From Amphiscolops sp. MND2022 (taxonomy: Eukaryota): a DNA stretch of 64,000 bases. Location of the stretch: positions 7,628,001-7,692,000 of the forward strand of contig OZ076409.1 in the NCBI GenBank assembly GCA_964187785.1, read 5' to 3'. Under the pieces are notes generated by a model, which was given only the letters and a program-made list of their open reading frames with translations, had not been told where the DNA came from and searched no databases. Below, one piece after another: positions 57,901 to 64,000 of this stretch (its first letter is position 1; every line of letters begins with the position of its first letter). The translations under genes were made by a program, and so were the position numbers.

Positions 57901-59183
57901 GTTCCAGGTACAGAGCTTCGAGTGGCCTTTGATTTGCGACGAGTTCTTTGTCGTCAAACTGGAATTCTTCCGCAAGCTCGTCGGCGATAGTGAGTAAATT
58001 CAGATAAGGTAATAGTACCAGGCTATCGTCCGTATCCGGACATGGGTTTGTGTTCCTTGATGTAACCAGCTTCGTTGTGATTCTACAGCACAGGCGTGAT
58101 GCCTCTTTCTACCTCTGTGGCGAGGTCAGCCGGTTCATAAGTCAGCACTGGTCCCGCGTTTACGCTCCAGACACCATTCTCTTGGAGTGAAGGGACCTTC
58201 TTGCCCGGGGACGATTATCTGGTCAGTCTCATGCTGTCAAGCCAAGTAGGAACAGCAAGCAAGGCTCGGGCTGAGGGCATCTATTTCGGGAAGAAGTCCG
58301 AACGCCCTGCCAATCAAGCCACTACAGAGAATGTGATGACAGCCTTCATCAAAGACAGCCAGCATTACATACAGTTCCTCATCAATGAGGTCTTTATGCG
58401 AACTGGGCTGACTAGTAACATAGTGAAGGGGTTAGCTGCCTTTGACCTATTCATTATGTTCAAGAGGCTGATGAACGTTGCGCTGAAGCATTTCGACATG
58501 CTGTATAGTACCTTTGCTCGTCGCTCTTGGGTCCCCAACGCTAATGAGTCTCTGTGCCGGGATCAGTACATGCAGTTACTGGACAATTTACGGACCTCCT
58601 ATGGCTCAATCTTCGATTTAAGCAGCACTTCCGCAGGTTTGATTAAGTTCCTGATCGGTCTCGAGTTCTTGCAGGATCGTGCACACCTGCTCCATCTTTT
58701 CAAGTTGTGTTGTTTGTGTGCCACTACAGTGGATCCAGCCTTTCCTGATGTTACCTTTGGAACTGTCACTACCGCGGGTTGCAAGAACCGCTTCACCGAC
58801 GTCATTCCCACCTGCCAGAGTTTTCTTACCAATGTAAGTGATTCTGTGGCCTTTCGCAGCAAAGACGACAACCTGAACAATTTTTTCTTCTTTCTGCCTC
58901 CTTTGGGCGTGCTGCCTTCTCCAGCGATTATCATGCCTGGACACATGTCGGAACTTTCGGGCGCTCCAAGAATTATAAGTCCTTGTTGGCTTCCTGCCGT
59001 GTTGCGTTGTCTGCTCCAGAGAAGGCCTCTGTTCAAATTGATTCTGGGGATCCCAATTCCGTCGGTGATGATTCAGCTGTAAAGGCTCCCAGCAGCAAGA
59101 GACTAAGGAAGATGGAACGGAGGGCATCACGCTCTTCCACCTCATCTGTCACTGAAGCTCTCCAGCCCGCCCAGTACGTCTAA
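54982..59183 (+). pseudogene. Antisense spliced accessory gene of element D (BED-like Zn-finger, hAT-transposase-like)
   Basis: 548-aa first ORF ending in WCLICKKNFSIKSKGPYEILRHHRTQRH. Introns 56991-57061 and 57546-57649 are at the same protein positions as in B. GLAAFD and LFKLCCL motifs. Several stops and frameshifts. Confidence 0.8.
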
Positions 59184-59473
59184 GAACTAATTGTACATAT
59201 GTATATGTGTACACCCAGACTGTAAACTTTGCTTATTGTCTGTTGTATTCATCCGTAGTTGACAGTTTCATTGCTATTTGTATTTATTGTTAGCAGTTTG
59301 TTTCTGTTTCGTTGCTTAACCCCTGTATTTATTTTGTTCAAAGGGGTTTTCCGGCCGTCCCTTCAATTCTTCAAAAAATGCTGGCCTTTGGGACTGAAAG
59401 ATAAAAAAAAAAAGAATAGAGAAAGGAAAAAGAGAGCAGCGTTCCTTCTTGCACGCAATTTAATTCTTTCTCT

Positions 59474-62400
59474 TGGTATCAGAAATGTTCTGAGTAGTTT
59501 GGGTTAGGATTACGCCTGACTTTAGATTTCTCTCCTCTAGGGCTTAGACTTTCATTTCTATCATCATTTTGCGATATTTCGGGCACGATAATATCATCCC
59601 CTTGTTGGGAGAGTTTCGTGCATCGTTTTCATAATTAGGATTTCTTTCTGAACACTTTGCATCATTTTCCTGTCTTTCGGACAGATCTGGCAGAAATATT
59701 TCTTGATTTTTGTGGTAAAGGGCCGAATCCGGCCAATCAGAGTTTTCATTTCTAGCTACTTCAGTAGCTTCATTTATATCGCTGACGTCACTTTCCGTTC
59801 TTTCATTCTAATTTTGTGCCACTTCGTTGACGTAATTCGGACTGTCAGTCGTGATTATATAATCCGCTTCATTTTCGTGTGCATCACTTGAATTCGCTTC
59901 TCCGCGACCGGCCGTTTGCCATTCGGCAAGGTAGTCGGAATAGGCTCATTGCCGTGTGTAGCTAGCTGTTCACCGAAGTTTGTCTCCCACGTTATCGTGT
60001 ATAAATCATCTTGCGGGATTACAATCTCGGCATCCTGCTGTAATTGGTCTTCTCGGAAATTGTCCTCAATCGGTTGATTGGGAACAAACTTTTTTGGGCG
60101 AATGCAATGTAAAATCTGAGTTTTATTTGTATTGAGTCGGCGGACGATGTAATTCTCATTAGGAAGTATCTTTTGGGTTATAAATGGTCCCACCCAACGA
60201 TACTCTCCAAATTGAATTTTTGATACTAGATGATCCGTTTTCGGCTGTAATACAAAACAGTAGTCGCCCCCTTTGAGTGGTGCCGTTTTACTTTACGGTC
60301 ATAATATTCCTTGTATGTAAATGTAGGATTGCATGATATTCTGCTTCGTTTTGTCAATCAGGAGTTTTGTCCGATTCTGGACTTCTTCCGCGAATTCAGT
60401 TGTGGGAGTAATCTGCTCGTTTGGATTATTTCCAAGTTTTTATTCCAAGATATTGTATGGAACTCGTTCATGGAATACTCTTGTTGGTTCACAACCAATG
60501 CTCGCGTGATAGCTCGTATTGTGATTGAGAACTGCTAATGGCAAATATTTGTGCCATTGTCGGCGATATTCCCCACATGCCATTTTTAGAATCGTCTTCA
60601 TTGAAACATGAGTTCGCTCTAATTTCCCTATTGTTTGCGGATGTTTAGTTGTTGCGCATTTGAGTGTAATTCCCAAAATTTGCGTGATTTCCGCGTTAAT
60701 CGTGGAAGTGAAAGCAGTTCCTTTGTCGGTAATAAGCGTTGTTAACTACGCTGTTGGTAACTACGCATTTTTCGTCATTACATCAATGAGAACTTTTGCT
60801 ACATTGATTGCTGAAGCGTTTGTAAGAGGATAAGTGAACAGACATCGAGAAAATACATCAGTAGCAGTAAGAACATTTTCATATCCTCCACTTGGGGGAA
60901 GGTTGGGTAATAAGTCAATCTGCATGGCGTCTTCGGGTCTAAGGTCCCATTCCGGCAGGCTAAGGAGTTCAGGCGTGATCGTTGCCTTGGGGACGCGTTT
61001 GTCCCTTGCGCATTGTTCGCACCCTTCTACCCACTTTTTAACATACTTCGCAATGCTAGGGTAGTAAAACCTTTGCCTGATCTCCTGCAACATCTTTGAT
61101 ATTCCAGTGTGCTTGTGAGCAGTCCCGTGAAGGGACTGAAACAGTTTCTGGAACAAATGCTGCGGGAGTAGACTTTGATGGTATTTTAGGTTCCCTGTTT
61201 CGTCGAAGTATTGCCTGGTCAGGATCACTTCCTTGACTACAATTCGTTCTAAGTTGCTTGCATAATGTCGGTATCGAGCATCCTGTTGCAGTACGTTTTC
61301 TGAGTAGTCTTCATGAAAGAGTTTTGCCTTCAATTGCTGTAATACTGCATCTTTGGATTGCTCAATAATTATCTGGTTCGTTTTCCGTAGTCGGACTTGG
61401 ATGTCAGGTGGTTGATTGATCAAATTTGTTGACAGTGTTTGTATTGTTACGGTAGGTTCGTCTATGGCGGGATTTTTACTGATTGCTTCTTTCCAAGCCC
61501 AGTATTGTTCTTCTGTCTCATCGTCATCATTCGTGTAGAATATTTGTTTTTCTTGTGAGATGCCTGATGATTGGACATTTATTTTAATCGGTAGTGTTTG
61601 TACACCCTCGCGGATTTTCGTGACCAATTTGTCCTTGGGATCAGAATCTATTCGGGAAAGGTAATCCGCTGCCGTATTCTGTGCTCCTGTGATGTGCGCT
61701 AAGACAAAGTTAAGCTGAATGAAATAGTCACAAGCGTTCCACAGGGAAAAATCGTGTGACGGCTTTGTTGTCTGTTAGGATAATGACCGGTTTCGGCGCA
61801 CCCCAAAAAATATGCCCAAATTATTTGAATGCAAAACAAATCGCAAGGAACTCTTTTGCATAAATGGACATCTTTATCTGGTCGGGGGTGAAAGTTTTGA
61901 ACCCGTAGGCGACCGGTGCATAGGATTTGCGGATTGAAGTAAATTTCTGACTTGGGTCATCTTCTATTAGCACCGCGTATCCAGCGGCGCCAAAACTTGG
62001 CGTCTGTCATCAATGCAATTTGATTGTTTGGAATCGGTTGTTGTAGTGCCAAGTCGCAGCATTTGCTTAGTGCTCGATTGATTTCTTCAAATTGCTGGAC
62101 CACTTCTTCCGATACCAGGACTTTTTCGTCGCTCTTCAGCATCTTGCAGAATGGAGCAAGGCGTTCGGAAAGTCTTGGGACGTAGTTTCTGTAGTAGTTC
62201 AAGAATCCCAAATATCATTGCCAGGCTTTTTTCGACTTCGGAAATTTGTTTTTTTTTTCAAGAAAGTTTTGAACATTGTGCCTCTGGGTTTGACGCCTTG
62301 TGGGGTAATTGTTCGTCCAAGGAAATCGGTCTCTCTAGCATTGAAATGGCATTTGGGCATTGTCAATTTATGACCTGCTTCCTGAATGCATTTGAAGGTT

Positions 62401-64000
62401 GCCCCCTGGTTAGCGATGAGATGATCAGCGTCGTTGGCGGCTGCGATGCCGATATCGTCCACGTACTGGGCACACTGGTCCGCTTTGATAACTTTATTAA
62501 GGTATTCTCGCATGAAACAGGAGAACGCGGATAGCGCCCGACTGAGGCCTTGTGCCAAACGTCTGTAGGTAAATGTGCGGCTTGCAAAGTTGAAGGCTAA
62601 CAATTCAATAGATCATTGGTCAGCCATCTGGAGGCAATGGTACGCCTGTGAGCAATCTAATTTGCAAAAGAGCTTTTTTCCTGCCATGTTTTGGGCGGCA
62701 TCAACTAGGGTACTGACGGGATCAATATTGTTTATATAATCATCGGAAATTAGGTTTTTGATTTTTCTCAACGAGTCGGAGTTTCCCATTTGGCTTCTTT
62801 TGCGCAAATATCGTGCTGGCGTATTTCGAAAATGGTACGTTAGTGATGATTCCATTTTTATGCAACATGGCTAGTTCGACTAGGATGTCATCCTTTAAGT
62901 TTATTGGTGCTGGGTGGCTCTGACTATTGGCTGGGGAATCGTCCTTAGGTGTCAATTTCACCTTGAATTCCTCATTCATGAAATCTGTGTCTGGCGAAAA
63001 TATCATGGAATTCCACTAGTAGTTCTTCAATTTTTGCTTTTTCGTCCTTAATTAAATTGGAATCCTTGCAATCAAAAATTTCTTGGAATTGTGCCCCAGA
63101 TTCTTCATCTTTAGTCGGGTCTAGAGTCTCCAGGTCCTGTAGGGCCTGTGGTTCCCGTAGTATTCGTTTGTGGATTGGCGTGTGTTCCTCCGGGTTACCT
63201 GGATTTTCGGGAGTTGGGAACCATTAATTTTCTGTTTTCTGTTGACTTTTATTGGTTTTTATGAGACTGCTAACATAATGGACTGCCTGCTCTTGGTCAT
63301 TTTGTAAGAGATGCCAAGTTGATGCCAGATCGACCGGTTTGACGTACTTCATTTGTTCTGGCGTCATGACAGAGAAACTGGCAATATGAAGTCCTTTCTT
63401 GAGTTTGTAGGGGTGATCTGTGAAGTTGTTCACAGGAATCGATAAATTGCCATCGTTCAGCGTGACCAAAGCTGGGCAAAAGGTAAGGTCGCCTTTTTCG
63501 TGTAGGAGGTCACTTGTTTGCAGTATGCCAGTGACAGTGTTCTCAGGGTAGCGTAAGGAATTTGTCTTGATTAGGACTCTGTCATTTGGTGGAATTGTGA
63601 TTTCAGTTGGGTTGAGGATTGGCTCCAAAACATTGGAGGATTGATGATCAGCTGTTTTGAGCTGCATTGGAAAGAACGGAAAATTCAAAATTCCTTGCCT
63701 CATGTCCAAAACTGTATGGTTTCTCTGACGGAACATTAGCCCAATGATTGGTACCGTCAAATTCTCCATTACTATGAAGATTTCATGGAATTCGATATCA
63801 CCTACCTCAAATGTGAGCTCTATGGTACTTTTAGGAGTTTCTAATTGTCCATTTGCGACCATGATTTGAAAGTTCGGACCGGACCTTCCCGGATAACGGA
63901 CCGTGGTGAAAGGAGTCGTATTTTCCGGAGGTCCATTTCAGGAATTGCACTGGATAATGTCCCAGTGTCTATTAGGCAATCTTGGTCAATTCCCCAAAGT
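59474..64000 (-). pseudogene. pol: pol pseudogene of element D (protease to integrase C-terminus)
   Basis: MVANGQLETPKST, FCKLDCSQAYHCL, QYVDDIG, HGTAHKH...CEQC, integrase core fragments; multiple frameshifts. Confidence 0.92.

Larger units (their letters stand above)
53845..64000 (-). mobile_element. Decayed Ty3/Gypsy element D, a close relative of C; no LTR visible in the window
   Basis: Minus-strand PR/RT/RH/IN fragments at 59474-64000, plus-strand accessory gene at 54982-59183, and a spacer at 53900-54980 homologous in reverse complement to 50520-51450 of C. Confidence 0.88.

Noticed and set aside
54982..59183. Independent nested hAT DNA transposon or host gene
   Set aside because: No TIRs or 8-bp TSD were seen, and homologues occupy the same position and orientation in four separate elements.

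Overview
Eukaryotic (probably invertebrate animal) repeat-rich DNA with no recognisable host gene. It is a cluster of related, unusually large Ty3/Gypsy LTR retrotransposons. Element A (<1-12582, minus strand) has lost its integrase. Element B (18911-35584, plus, TSD CAAAC) is nearly intact. Element C (36520-53839, plus) is decayed and has a 3-kb internal tandem duplication. Element D (about 53845->64000, minus) is decayed and partial. There is also a solo LTR (16052-17674, TSD ATGAC) and two or three DINE-1/Helentron-like non-autonomous elements. The LTR elements share an atypical architecture: (i) gag starts 100-190 codons inside the 5' LTR and reads through the PBS (A, B, C); (ii) a -1 gag-pol frameshift with different slippery heptamers but a conserved downstream GCCACG and UGGC-loop hairpin (A, B, C); (iii) downstream of pol, an antisense, intron-containing gene in all four elements encoding a BED-like zinc-finger protein that resembles a catalytically dead hAT transposase, with introns at equivalent positions; (iv) a small sense ORF3 (SIM-like motif plus CxxC in B and C) running into the 3' LTR where a polypurine tract would normally be; (v) element-specific short-motif arrays in the LTR and in an intron of the antisense gene. 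Together these suggest a retrotransposon-encoded regulatory or anti-silencing module (inference). All alignments were done by eye.
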